A stretch of DNA of 64,000 nt. Origin: Epithemia pelagica (lineage: Eukaryota > Protista > Bacillariophyta). The stretch spans positions 2,108,001-2,172,000 of the forward strand of contig OX337231.1 in assembly GCA_946965045.2 (NCBI GenBank). Reading direction: 5' to 3'. Positions 26,355 through 38,989 of the stretch are shown piece after piece. Below the pieces are notes generated by a model. It saw only the letters and a program-made list of their open reading frames with translations, had not been told where the DNA came from and did no database searches. Each line of letters begins with the position of its first letter. The first letter of the stretch is position 1. A program made the position numbers and the translations under genes.

Positions 26355-28842
26355 ATGGATCAGAAGAAACAAGAGAAGTGTGCTGATAGAAGTGACGAAA
26401 GTGGCAAGAAGAAGAGGAAAAGAACAATGGCGCTACCGACTTGTGCGACTAACGATGTCGCTTGGACTCTGCGTATTTCCGACGATGAAATCCGTGATCT
26501 ATTCACGAAACTGAACGAGGACATGACTGAAAATGACATCAAAACTACAATTGAAGAATTCGTTCGTAAGCATGATAAATATCGTTCTTCGTCAAAAGAT
26601 CCTGAGGAAGGTTTTGGCAATGCTTCCGATATTGCATCGGTCTCTACGAATCAAGACGAAGCCACTGAAGAATATCTATCTTGGGCTGACTTATGGAAAA
26701 ATGCTAAAAAAAATGGAAGAGGACGCCGTATCGGGTAGTTCCAGTATGGGGTCAGACATCGAGAACCTCGTTATTACTGCAACTGATTCAAATCGGGGCC
26801 GTAATAAAACCTACTATCGAAACAGATGCACTTCCGCCAACGGCAAATCGATTGCAGAAGTTTTCGAATTCGCAGAACATTGCGATACTGTACTTTACAA
26901 ATACAAAACAAAGAATGACCGAGATAGAAAGTACATAGGAATCGAGAGGGAAGCTTCTTACTGCTGGTCCTCTTTTCGTTGCAAGGTTGCGCCCTTGTAC
27001 GCAATGAATCAAGAAAGAGTTATTCAGACCCATTTGACCTCTCTGCGTAATACAAAAGAGCAACCAATCGAAGACTATGTTCCGGGATTGGTAGAGACAC
27101 AACCGGAGGATTTTCGCTTCAAGGATTCTCTTTTGGCGGACCAGGTGCCTGTATCCAAGAGCCAAACGTTGCTCATTTCGGGAGTTAGTGGCAGTGGCAA
27201 ATCTTGGCTTACTTATTATGGGCTACCCCTTGATAGTCCAGAGTCCTGCTTCTTGTATTGCTCTCTTCCAGACGACACAGAGGAGAACTTTAACTCGGTG
27301 ACACGAGATGTTCCCATCTGGGTGTCACGAGCCATGTCGTTCCTATTTGACGCGATTGGAACGCCTCCGCAGAATTCAGACGAGGGATCACTCTATGGAA
27401 GAGTCTCCACATCAGCAATGGAACTGAATAAGGACCGAAATCAGAGAGCGAAGACTATGTTCTATACGTTTTGTAAGGACGAAATCAAGAATAATGTAAA
27501 ATTGAATGAGTGGTGGAATGGGAGAGGGCCAACTGTAAAGAACTTAGTTGTCGTTCTGGACGAGTGTGGCAAGAGCCTCACTTTTTCTCGAGGTATCATC
27601 GATGTCTGCCGAACAATTCGCGGTGAATTGGCTGAAAAGAAAATAGCACACTCGACAAAACTTGTTCTGGCTGGTACTCGACTTGATTCTTGGGCGCAAA
27701 ATGTTGTTCAAAGGAAAGCCCATGGAACAGACCCAAGCAAATTTGAACTGGTGATAATGACCAAGCCTGATTTGAATAAGTTGCCAAATTCTATCTCGCC
27801 AGGAGATTTGAGTGGATGGTATTCCACAATCCTTGCCGAAAACACACGAATGTTGATGCGTGGAGTTATACCAACACTTTGCACGGCAGCACTCACAGAT
27901 TATTACTATAATCATGGGGACAAGACTGGCGAGGATTATCGACAAGAAGACAGAATTGCTGCTGGATCTTCGAATATTTTGATGAAGTATTCAGCTCGTT
28001 TATATTGTGTTCTCAATGGTGTTTCAGATCTACGCTCCGACCCTGGAGAACTGTACAATTTTTTCTCCTGTCTCTTTGCTGTATTTTGGCAGCGATCTTT
28101 GTCGAAATGGGCGATAAATGGCTTTTTCAAAAAGCAAAGCCAACTTGACAGTATGAAGCAGTTTTCCATTTCAATTCCCAGCGAAAAAATGACAAATATC
28201 TTGGCCTGGGGTCTAGCTTTGGAAGACCCTACTATGCCACCGAATCGAGCTATGGAATACCTTGCTTGCCATGGCGAGCACTTGCCCCTACATATTGGGG
28301 ATGGTATTGGTCTAGAAGATGCGCTCGAGCTACACTTGAAGAAATATTATTACTCCAGAGAGCAAGAAGAACAAGAAGTGATCTCTCTCTCCGCTGCTTG
28401 GGCCCCTGCTTCCACGGAAAAGTCACCCATATATTCTCTTGATGGCCATCAGGATCATCTTGAAGACATCCGTAAACTTGCCTCGCATATCGTGGAGAAG
28501 AAAAGAGAGAAAGGTTTTGTTCACTTAATTCTTCGCCAAAGCTGTGTCAATGCGGAGGGCCCAGATCTCATGGTTTTGACCGCAGAATTCTCTGAAGAAT
28601 GTATTTCGCGTCTCATTCTGGACCTGTACCAGTGCAAGAATTTCACCAATTTCAAAGACAACTTTCGCGATGATTGGTTCCATACCGTTGGTTGGTCAGA
28701 AAACAAAGATAGCAAAAAGGCAAACTATTGTCGTTCGTACGTCTTGCAATTGGTGCAAAGAGTTGCCGCTGACATTCGAAACAAAGGTATTGCGTCGGAA
28801 AATATGGATTCAAAAATTGGTGGTGCCACAGTCAGTAGATGA
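26355..28842 (+). CDS. Crinkler-like P-loop NTPase + restriction-endonuclease-fold protein (frameshift at A8 26706-26713; possible tail to 29008)
   Basis: Walker A SGVSGSGKS, Walker B LVVVLDE, sensor LVLAGT, C-terminal NAEGPDLMVL..LDLYQCKN (D..QxK). Removing one A joins ORFs 26328 and 26533. Confidence 0.7.
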
Positions 28843-29012
28843 AGTTGAGAAGGCCTGCTTGAACTCGGGGGGCTCGCAATCTGCAGCTGAACGGGTTTTG
28901 ATGGCTGTCGAGAATTGTAATGAAGATGTTACCCTGTGGACGGAGGAGTGCTTACGACCGACAATTCGTGTCGTCAAGGTTAAAGTCGGCATCGATGATG
29001 GTTCGTAGTCTA

Positions 29013-29913
29013 GCTACTGGTCTGTACAGGAACAACATCGGCCCCTTCCACCAGCATGGTCTTGGCGGGTGGAGGCCAAATGGCATGTAGTTTTTTGACC
29101 CGTTTGGGAGAACGTCGACGGGGTTCTTCATGACAGATGCCGTTCGCGTCTCGTCGTTGTTGTTTGGTTTGGTATTGGATCGAAGGTTGGTCGTGGACGC
29201 CGTGGTATTCTGTTTCAACCTCCACGACGTTGTAGGCTTGGTACTAGGAACTGGGTTTCTTTGATTGAAATGCTGGATACCACCACTACTTCCATGAACT
29301 GTGGAGGCGGATGTTTTGTGGAGATTGTAGAGACGCATTTTCTCAAGGCTCTGAGTCTGAGCTGGATGGCAAGCAAGGAGAGACCGACGTCCTCAAAAAT
29401 TTGGTTGGATTCAGATACCAGAATCACAAGGAGTTGAATTCTGGATCAATGAGAGAGGGCCCTCCTAAACAATCACTCGGTTCTGGCTCTTGATGGACGG
29501 ATCCGAAACCAACGAGATGATCCACAACGATGGAAGCAGTAGAGCAAGGAGCCGCAATCAAGGACAACTCCCGTCACTGCTTGTCTTTCCAATGAGAAGC
29601 TTGTGAGATGAATACTCGTTGCTCCACAAGAGAGCTTTGGTGATGGACCAAACTACCTATATGTGTTCATGTGGATGTTAGAGTTGTTCTCGCCCATGTG
29701 CGGAGGAGGTTCATATCTCGATCGACCACTCTATCCAAGTGTATCGGAGACGACGGCTTCGCTCGCTGGTGCGTTCCGTCGTGAAGGGAGTCTCAAGGTC
29801 CGTGCCTTTTTTCTTCGGACCTTTTGTCGTCGGAGTGATCTCCCTCTGACGGCACAGCCCGCACCAATGGCGTCTCGTTTCGTTGCCCCGAACGAAGGTC
29901 TTCTCGCGTCCGT
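29013..29913. repeat. Direct duplication copy 2, containing a truncated formin 5' pseudogene (29013-29338, minus strand)
   Basis: MRLYNLHKTSASTVHGSSGGIQHFNQRNPVP is repeated, then frameshifts and truncation. Confidence 0.9.
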
Positions 29914-30280
29914 TACGCACCTCCAGTCAAGGATGCATCTACGGGCGAAGCACTCTCGTTGAGACGATTGTCACAATGGGTTGGAAAGATTCGTTTCACT
30001 CCTCATCAGATACTTTCAAATCGCTTTTAGATCGCGTATTTACAATATATTGATTACGATTACTCCTTTGAGGTATGAGACATCTTGAACGCTCGAGAGG
30101 AGTCAGATGTTTTGGTTTCTCTATAGTGAATGTACCCTACCCCTCTCTAGCTACCCCGACAAAAGTTTCGGTGACCCAGATAGTTTCGTGTAAGGTTACA
30201 ACCATGCAACCACACATCATTGAACATCTCCTTTCTCCTTTCATCTCTCGTCAGCCCCGTTGGTTCGATCCCAGAGAACC

Positions 30281-31782
30281 ATGACGGAAGATGGCGATCG
30301 AGAATGGTATTTCAATTGGCGTTATGAAGAACCTTCCCTGGATACCTTGACGACGATGCTCTCAGACGTTGAGTCTCTGAAGTTTTTGGACATAAGGGGT
30401 GATATACGCGACAGTAGGCCTCGCGACGAGATGGATCGCTTGATGGAGACCATGCAAGTTCATCCGACCTTGAGGACAATCACTATCCCGTCTTCTTGGG
30501 TTCCAATTGAGTTTATGGGGAGAATTTTCACTCATTTTTCCCAGAGCCCTAAATGGATGACCCTGGACCTGGGTCTTGGATTTATAAATCCGAATATGCC
30601 ACATCCTCTCACCCCCCTGGAATCTTTCTGTTTATCAAAAAAGAAGATGACAATGACACTATTGCGACCAAGGTGGTGGAAAAGTTGATCGAAATGCCCA
30701 ATATCACATCCTTCGAGGGAGGGCGCCTTGCCATTCCCATATTCAACAAGTTCAAGGACAACCCAATATGCAATATTTCAAAACTAGATTTTTCAACATG
30801 CGATAGCAGCAGGCACCCTCCTACACGGCTGAACATGCAACATCTTGAGCAATTTCACAACTACACCAAATTGACGGAACTATACGTAGAGTTTATGTAT
30901 GCTGATGATTTGCATTCTTTGTTCCCATTAAGTCAGTTGGAGCACTTGGCAATTTGTCACATTTCTACCAAGGACACTGATCAAGGTGATACAGCACCCC
31001 AGATGTTGAACGGAGTGGCTGACTTGTTGATTGCACAACCAAAACTTAAAATCTTGCAGGTTTATCGGTATCACGCCAAGTCTCTCGACGATGAAGACCC
31101 TGACGCTGTATGGGACGATGAGGAGTTCGCCCGTCGAATGTACGCTGCCATGAACCCGGGCCCAGTCGGGTATGGTCCATTGGAATTCGACCCATCGACT
31201 CAATCGGCAATACGTCACCTGGCATATGCATTGCAAAACCATCCTTCTTTACATTCCCTTACATGGGGAAATGGATCCGAACGTGTGTCACAAGCGGTGG
31301 CATTGGCGCTGTCGGCCGCACTCCCTCACAATACAACGATCAAGGAACTGGACCTGAGTCATACTGCTAGAGGATTTCAGACCACACTGCCGGAACTGCT
31401 GGAGGGAGCACAGCACGTGGAAGAACTTTTGCTCCCTTTGGCCGACATGGATGACGCGAGAGTGAACATGTTCGCATTGTGGGTTCACAAAACTCTGAGT
31501 GTTACAGGAATCGGAAAGCGCCAAGTGAAATCTCTTTTGGAGCGAGATTCCCCCTTGTCTATGCAGTACTTTCTGATCCAAATGGTCCTGTTACGGAACA
31601 TGTATGTGAGAGTTGCCAAAAACACAACGTTTTTGCATGGCGATATACCCCTCGTTGTATGGCCACGAATGTTGGCTACTCTTGGATCAAATGTAAAAGA
31701 GGGTACTCCAGTCTTTTGGTTTCTAAAGAATCACGTGCTCTCCCTACCGTCGTTGAACAAGCAGACCGAATTGGAAGCTTAG
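30281..31782 (+). CDS. RNI-like leucine-rich-repeat protein with an apparent single-base frameshift near 30612-30642
   Basis: LKFLDI, LRTITI, LTELYV, LEHLAI, LKILQV, LHSLTW, IKELDLS, VEELLL; two overlapping ORFs join at a C6 or A6 run. Confidence 0.65.
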
Positions 31783-32324
31783 ACTGGCTAGACAGACATG
31801 TTGTATGGGCCGGTTCACGTGAGTCCTTCAGTCTCCGGTCAGGAAAAGTATCCCCTTAAAAGATAGGGAGCACGATAGACGTGATTCCTAGGCACTTCGC
31901 CTAAGAAGACCCTTTGTAGTTTATTCGTTCCAAGTTGTACAATCCACAAGCAACGTCTCTTGGAGCCATTTTAGACAAGAGAAACAAGTGAGCTGGTAGA
32001 GATTCCCTACGTCTTTTTGTGCTCCTTGACCTCTCCGGTACTGCAGGATAGAGATGCCGGACGAGAGATGCCTGGTCTTCAGCTCACATTGCTTGCCTTT
32101 GAAACCAAAGTTTGTCGACCTTTTCTTATTAATCGGGAAAACAAATTCAATCGCTTCGAGGCCACTGTCTTGGCCATAGACGACACCATTGTAGATCAGT
32201 GATCCTATCGCCCATGACTATTCTAGAGTAGAAGGACGACGACTAGGTAGATTGATTCACGGTTGAACGACGAGTGGTTGGAAGACGCGAGAGATTAGAT
32301 GTGTTACACTGGAAACTATTGCGG

Positions 32325-32392
32325 TCCACAAAGGTTGGATGGTATCAGGTATTCTTCATCCCAGAAGAACACCGTCATTCCCACACCTCAGT
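32325..32392 (-). promoter_or_regulatory. Candidate SECIS element in the SelU 3'UTR
   Basis: A-UGAC GGUGUUCUUC UGGGAU GAAGAAUACC UGAU: UGAN/NGAN quartet plus a 10-bp helix II. The apical loop lacks AA. Confidence 0.7.
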
Positions 32393-32493
32393 ATCCCAGG
32401 AACAGTTTTATGGCAACATTCAACCTCTCGAGTTTTCCTCCATTCGGATTCCCAAATGTCATTTGCGATCAATATGGTATCATTGTGTTGAAT

Positions 32494-33435
32494 TTACAAT
32501 TCACCCTGCGAGGAGGAAGAGCCACTTGCAACGTGATCCATGGCAGCTTGCAAATCGGCCATTTTCAAAGGACTCCCCGTTTCTTCTTCGTACGCATATC
32601 GCAAGACACCCTTGGCATCAAAGATAAAAACTCCTCCTTGTACAAGTCCCTCTCCGACCAGATTTCCCTCCAAATTCTTTTCCTTTAATCGTTGATTCAT
32701 ATCGTTGTATCCCTTCCACAATCTCCAGGGATTCCATGTGGTGAGACCAATTTTGCGATTGCCCAAGGCCTGATAGGCTACCCGTTCTTCGTCCCGGTAC
32801 AAGGGGAAGGTATAGTGATTATTGTAAAATTCGGCCAATCCTTCATCGTCGACACCTGTTTCCTTGACCATGCCCCAAAATCCAAACTTTCCCTGCCTTG
32901 CCGCAAGCACAGACAATTGTTGCTGGATCCGAGAAACAAGAAGGAAACAAAAAAGAAGAAAAAATATCATGTACATGAATGAGATCAAAAGATGTCTACA
33001 TGCCAAATCATTCGCTCCATAGATTCAAACTCTTACCCCATGCTCACGGCACAAGACTCATCCTGGACGACGCACGACAAAGGCTACAGTACCCGCCTTG
33101 CCGGCATGCTTTAACGCTGCTTCTTGGAGGGAGAGTTTGGCATTCACTCGTTCTTCGACGACCGTCGTACTGCCCTCGCCATCCTCGGACTCGACTGCCT
33201 TGGATTGAAAGTCCAAGGGAATCAAACTCGCCTTGTACAGCACGTTTTGCGACACGTAGGATTGTACCGATTCGGAAAGTTCCATCCGACTCGGAACGGA
33301 CCCGGTACTCATGGCGGTTGCCATTCCACTGTGCGAAGAAGAGAAGGATACCACCGCGGCTGTCAAGACCGATACACTCCACACACGTCGAGCGGTCCAC
33401 AAGGGTGAAGCAAAGGTCGGATGCAAGAGAACCAT
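32494..33435 (-). CDS. SELU: Selenoprotein U-like / PRXL2 (AhpC-TSA_2) redoxin with in-frame UGA at 33058-33060; intron 32923..33036
   Basis: Reads VVRRPG-UGA-VLCREHG, i.e. UxxC where PRXL2A has RRPGCxLCRE. Exons are 399 and 429 nt, both in frame; exon 2 has GNLVGEGLVQGGVFIF. Confidence 0.88.
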
Positions 33436-33489
33436 AATATTGTCCTCTTTTGCTGGCCTCTGACGAGAATCTTGTCTTGGGTGTTGGAT

Positions 33490-34270
33490 CTTTGATGTTC
33501 GCACCTCGATTACCCCCCAGCGGGGGTGTTTTTGAGGGAGTAATTTCGTTGAAACACCCCCTTCTCTTTTCGCTGGATCTTGACGGTAGGCACATCTCAT
33601 TTCCTCCACCACGATAACAACACGACAATCAAACTTTGTTGTTGCTGGTGACCTCCAATGGCCACCCCATCATGATCCGACCATCACATGCTTCATAATG
33701 GTACCATGGCAGTGCATTGTGAGGGACACAGTGGATACGGGCCACTCTAGGAAATGACCAATACAGTGACGCGTAATACGGGCACAATACGAGACAATGA
33801 TGGCATGAAAATACATGAGAGTTGATGTTTTGTTATCAATGCTGTGCGTAACTACTACTGCTATGTGTATTGTGTATCAATAGGTGCTCAAACAATGCAA
33901 GATAAGAGCCATAATATTGTCCCTTTGAGTTGCTTCGTTCGAAATTGTGAGACGTCGCTTCCGTGCCTGTGCCACGAGGCATGGCGCCTATGAGTCTGAC
34001 GCATAATAGCCTTAACCTTTAAATTTTGGTGATGCAGATGCATTCTACACTATTGGTTTGAGGTCTATGACTGGGAAGACAGGTTTCAAGAGTCCAAATA
34101 GGTGCACAACAACCTGTGCAACACCATGGCCCGTGTTGTTATCATGGTGGAGGAAATGAGATATGCCTACCGTCAAGAAATAGGTTATTATTTGCTCTTA
34201 GAGATGGGGGTGGCTACACGAAATTACACCCTCAAAGCCACCCCCGCTGGGGCGTAGCACCTCGATGGTG
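33490..34270. repeat. Inverted duplication of the SelU upstream region (33490-33625 vs 34131-34270)
   Basis: GTGTTGTTATC.TGGTGGAGGAAATGAGAT.TGCCTACCGTCAAGA and the following hairpin occur on opposite strands. Confidence 0.8.
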
Positions 34271-35078
34271 ATGTGGTGTCAGCGTGTCAGCACATACATT
34301 CTACCTCGAGCGGTTTGATCCCCCTAGTTTTTACCTCCAATAAAGCCTCTTATGGAAATGATCAAACTCCCGCTTAGAAGTACATATTGACAAATGTTCC
34401 AGAGACCCTATTAGGCTCCATCCACATTGCCACTTTAAGGTCTGCCGCACACATCTCATATAGACTCTATCTTAATCTTATCCATCAGCCTCTAACTGCA
34501 CTCACCATTCACCAAGATCTAACGTTTCAGGATATTCATTCTACGTCTGGCTTCTTGCAGATCAGCTGCTCTAGACTGTTCATCGTTCTTTCTCTGTATC
34601 TTTTTACTGCCACGTTCAAATTCCAACTAGTGCGGGACTCTACACACCTTTTCGTATCTGTAGTAGAATCTCAAGAAGCGGGCTCCCTCTCAACTGGATT
34701 GTAGTCGAACTATGTTTCCATGATACGTTGAATGTAGCAAATTGAAGTGATTCCCTTTGCTCTTTGCTTTGAGACGTTTCGATTTTTCGATGGGCACTTT
34801 GGAAATGTTGAAAGTTGGGAGCATTAACCGCGACTGGTCTATTTGTTTTTCTTTTCTTCCGCCTCCCTGCCCACACACACACATGATCGACATTGGCGAC
34901 AAGACCAGCAACGAACCAAGTGACAACCACAACCACAACAAGAATACACAGGAATCCCGACAGAGTCCAAGCCATTGCGTTGAAGAGCAACACAACGACG
35001 AGGGCGTAATCCCTCTCTTCTATTTTTGAGCGCACCTCTTTTTCCTCTTTGGGACTTGCACAAGAATCTATCATCATC

Positions 35079-37253
35079 ATGTCTCCAGTGAGCGTCAAGC
35101 TGGAGGTGGACAACGAAAGCAAGACAATCGAGAAAGGCAATGAGATCGTCCCGTCATTGTCTTCAAGTTCGTCGTGTCGTCAATCCTCGGAACCCACCGA
35201 TACTAGTACCAGTAGTACCGCACCAACAGAGACCACCGAATGGTATGTCATGTATCGCATCTTGAAGGGATATTTTGACAAACACGGTCACACACGAGTG
35301 AAACGAGGTCCCAAAGGGGAGCACCAACTACTGGAGAAATGGGTCCAGCAGCAACGGGATCAATGGAATACGGTAATGAATGGTGGAGGTGCGCTTAACT
35401 TGGAGAGCACTGCGGATCAAATGCTCAAGCTCGATGCCATTGGCTTTTTCGCCGAGGTCTCACCAGCGGAAGGTAACACGAGTAATCCTAGTGATCCTCA
35501 GACCAACCACAACCATGATCAGACAACACACGCTCCATCCACAACCGATAACGTTTCTTTGCTGCCTGTTTCTGCAACCAATAGATCTCACGCGAGTAAC
35601 ACTGCAACTGCTCTTGTTTCCCCACCACAAGGGCGGGAATCGAATCTAGATCCGTCTCAGCTTCATCCTCCACCACCTTCTGTACTGGTCAAGGAAGAAG
35701 AGGACGATGACAATAATGATGTCGTTTTCCTATTCACAAACAAAGCCCCGGCTCATGTTTCTTGCCCACGGACAATCCATGCACCCTCTTCCACTGGTAC
35801 GCCAAAGAAGGTGGTTCCTTCCCTTGTTCCATGGAGTCCTCATCAAGATGATGATACAATGAGCGCGCAAAATAATCCTCTTCCTACTGCTGGATAAGGA
35901 GATCGATCCACAGCCAACCCATCGCCGACAACGCCAGCCTTGGAATCTCCACCGAGGAGTTCCCGACTCTGCTTTGAGCCAGCTCCTGCTATGGCAGACC
36001 AGTACCAGGACATGATTCGAACGAAACAACTCCTTCAAATTGCTCCACTGGAAGCTCCTCGAAAGATCCCATCCCCCAACAACAGCAACCATACAGAGGC
36101 ATCTTCCTTTTCTTCCGCGTCTGGCTTATCGGAATCAAGTCCTACGACAAACAATCCAAACAATGATCAAGACGAAAGAATGCGATTTTCCTCCAAACTC
36201 AAAGAATGGCTCTTTTTGCGTTCGTCCAACGATTTCACCATAGACCAGCCATCCGTTGTTCGAAGATGTCGAAACATGAAACGCACCCTTCATGGAGCAG
36301 GGGACAAGTTAGAGCAACTCATGAGCAAAGACGACTTTTTAAATGACACATTTGTCTCTGTGTTGACCGCACGAGACAGATATCGTAAGAAATGGTGTAC
36401 GGCTGGATACATAATCGAAAATCGATACTACTACTACGCTGTGGGTGGAGACCAAGGAGTTTATCATGATGAAAGTGACCTGTGGTGGTACTCGAATGTT
36501 CAGATGGCCAAAGAAGCCCTTTGGGACTCACTGGTGAGTTGGGTTACGGAGGATGACGACTTGTTGGCAGTGCTCAAGCAAAAGACCCACCACAACGGTC
36601 AACCTCACAAGCGGAGAGCCGACCAGAACCCTGAGCCTTCCACAGAACGTCCTTGGAAACGAAGGGCTTCCATGACTCCTTCGACCCAATCGACACAAAC
36701 ACGAGCGCAAGAGACATCTCAAAGGGTCGTCGAAGTATCACCCGTATTTCCTCTCAATATAAAACCGGATTGGCTTCTTTGGACCCATGCTTCACGACAA
36801 CTTCGAGGTGAGGACACGGCGAAAGCGTCGTCCAGCGGCACGAATGAATCAAAGCAGCGTTGTTTCCAAAAGTGCCGTCGATTTCAAAAAACAGGTGAAT
36901 GTTCCTATGGCTTTGAATGTATCCATGCGCATGTGTACAAACATGGGAGGTTTGGTGTTCCCGAACATGTGACCAAGGACTTGGACCGTTCGGAAATTCA
37001 AGTATGGTGTCACCAGACCGACAATCTTTCCGGCGACAAGACGTCATTGTCGCCACGACGTCCAACTCATTGCTATACGAGTGGCTACGTCGATGGCAAT
37101 GGTTATTTCTTTGTGTGGGGTGTGGGACAGGACCGACAAGGGACGGGCATGAAATGTCCTCAAACGGGGCTTTGGTGGTATAAAACCAAGGAAAAGGCCA
37201 TTGGGGCTTTGATTCGAAACCTACGGTCGTCGGGACGACGGCAGCAATCGTAA
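35079..37253 (+). pseudogene. HA-CCCH-WWY family copy A (in-frame TAA at 35895-35897)
   Basis: HA domain WYVMYRILKGYFDKHGHTRV..WVQQQR..KLDAIGF; CRRFQKTGECSYGFECIHAH; ORFs 35049 and 35940 share a frame across one stop. Confidence 0.8.
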
Positions 37254-38650
37254 GGGCGAACCAAGGAATGCCTTGACACTATAAATAAGAATGTGGGTGG
37301 AAACATGGTGTGTGGCCCATAGCTTGTTAGTCTCAGGAAGCAGGACCACCCTGTAGGAAGAACAACCCGAACGAAGCCTTTCAAGACTCCTGTTTGTTCT
37401 GTTCTCCAGTTTGAAAGCACGAGAGGTCATCAAAGCAAGGAGAATAAAGGATGTGGCTACATCTACCTGGGATGGTGTGTGGGCGCCACATTCGCCCTAA
37501 AGCGGTTCGATCCCCATAGTTATCAATTAAACCTCTAGTTGATTTATCGAATTCCCGCTTAGAAGTACATCAGAATGACTTCCGGAGACCCTTTTAGGCT
37601 CCATCCACATTGCCACCCTAAGATTTACCGCACACACGCACACCACAATATATGGTAGTCTAGTCTATCTTATCCACGATATTGGGGCGAAGCCCCCAAC
37701 TGCACTCACCATGGCAAAGACTAAACGTTTCTGGAGATTCATTTCTTCGTCTGGGCTCTTGCAGTTGAGCACTAATAGGTAGATTGTTAGATCGATTTCC
37801 TGTATCTTTGTACTGCCACGTGAACATTCCAACTATTGCGGGACTACACCGTAAGAGACGAAAATTCAAACGGTTTCGTATCTCGAATCTCGAGTAGCGT
37901 GCTCCCGCTCTTGCAGTCGGATGATGTCCTCGTGATACATTGGATGTGGCAAGTTGTAGTGATTCCCTTTGCTTTGCTTTTCCGTTTCGAGGAAAGATAC
38001 TTTGTGGACTATGGAAAGCTATGCGGTGTAGAAAGTTGTTCGTCTGAGTTCAGTATGAACGGGACGGGTGGGCCGGAAGGCTTGGGGTCTGGGGTGGGAA
38101 TTTCCAGAAAGACCAGCTGTTCCGAAAACGGACGGACACTAGAGTAAAAAGTACAATTGAGCAAACATGGCGGTTGATGAAACGGTTAAATATATATGGC
38201 AATGATATAGCAATGAATATTTTAATGGTCAGTCATGGTATGATTTGGAGGTGCACCTCCAACCGCGTAAAATGTGAGTGGGGACTTACCCTTGACGAAT
38301 TTCTAGTAGTAATGTAAGACGCCCAACCGTTCTGGAATGACTGAAACAAGACTTTTTGTTTGAAAGCTCGTAGGAACAGGTAGCAAGACGTTAGAGAGAA
38401 TTGCTGTGTTCGATAACGGGCATGAATCGCTACAACGGCAGAGTTAAATTCATATTATCATCATACAGCAACAAGGAATTATAAATTGACTAGGAAAGCA
38501 TGTATTATGAATTTTGTTTTTCTTCGTTCGTTCTGCTGACCAGGATGCATGTGGTATTGATAATAACATATTGGTATACGATAAAAGCAGAAGCCCTTAT
38601 ATCTCTCGATTGGCACTCATATTGTATTTCAGTACACATATCACAATCGC

Positions 38651-38989
38651 TCAATTCTCAAAGGTCGTTTCTTCGGACTCCTTCTCGTCGACTTTGTTGT
38701 CTTGGAGCCTACCAGTCGGGTATTTCCAGCGATTCACTGCACTTCTGGAGTACATGCCGTATTCATCACGCGAAAAAGCCTGGTCTGCCACACCATCGTC
38801 TTCGCCACCAAGATAGGTGAACAGATCATTGTCATCACCGAGTTCGAAGTAGTTTTGAACAAGAGCATTGACTTCTTCATCTTGAAACAGATTATCCAAA
38901 GGGCGAGGAATATTGCCGGTGTGATCCAAGTCAGGAGTGTTGTAGCTGTAAGTGCAATTGTATCCGTGTTCTTTGTCATTCTTCTGCAT
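38651..38989 (-). other. Uncharacterised 112-aa ORF inside the Helitron
   Basis: Open frame with protein-like composition; no motif recognised. Confidence 0.35.

Noticed and set aside
28786-28830. GT..AG intron that might join the CRN-like ORF to the 28670-29008 tail
   Set aside because: It is 45 nt, a multiple of 3, so it would not fix the frame; the tail's status is unresolved.
28981-29012. Canonical Helitron 3' end (CTAG) at the CRN cassette junction
   Set aside because: No convincing GC-rich hairpin upstream of the CTAG.
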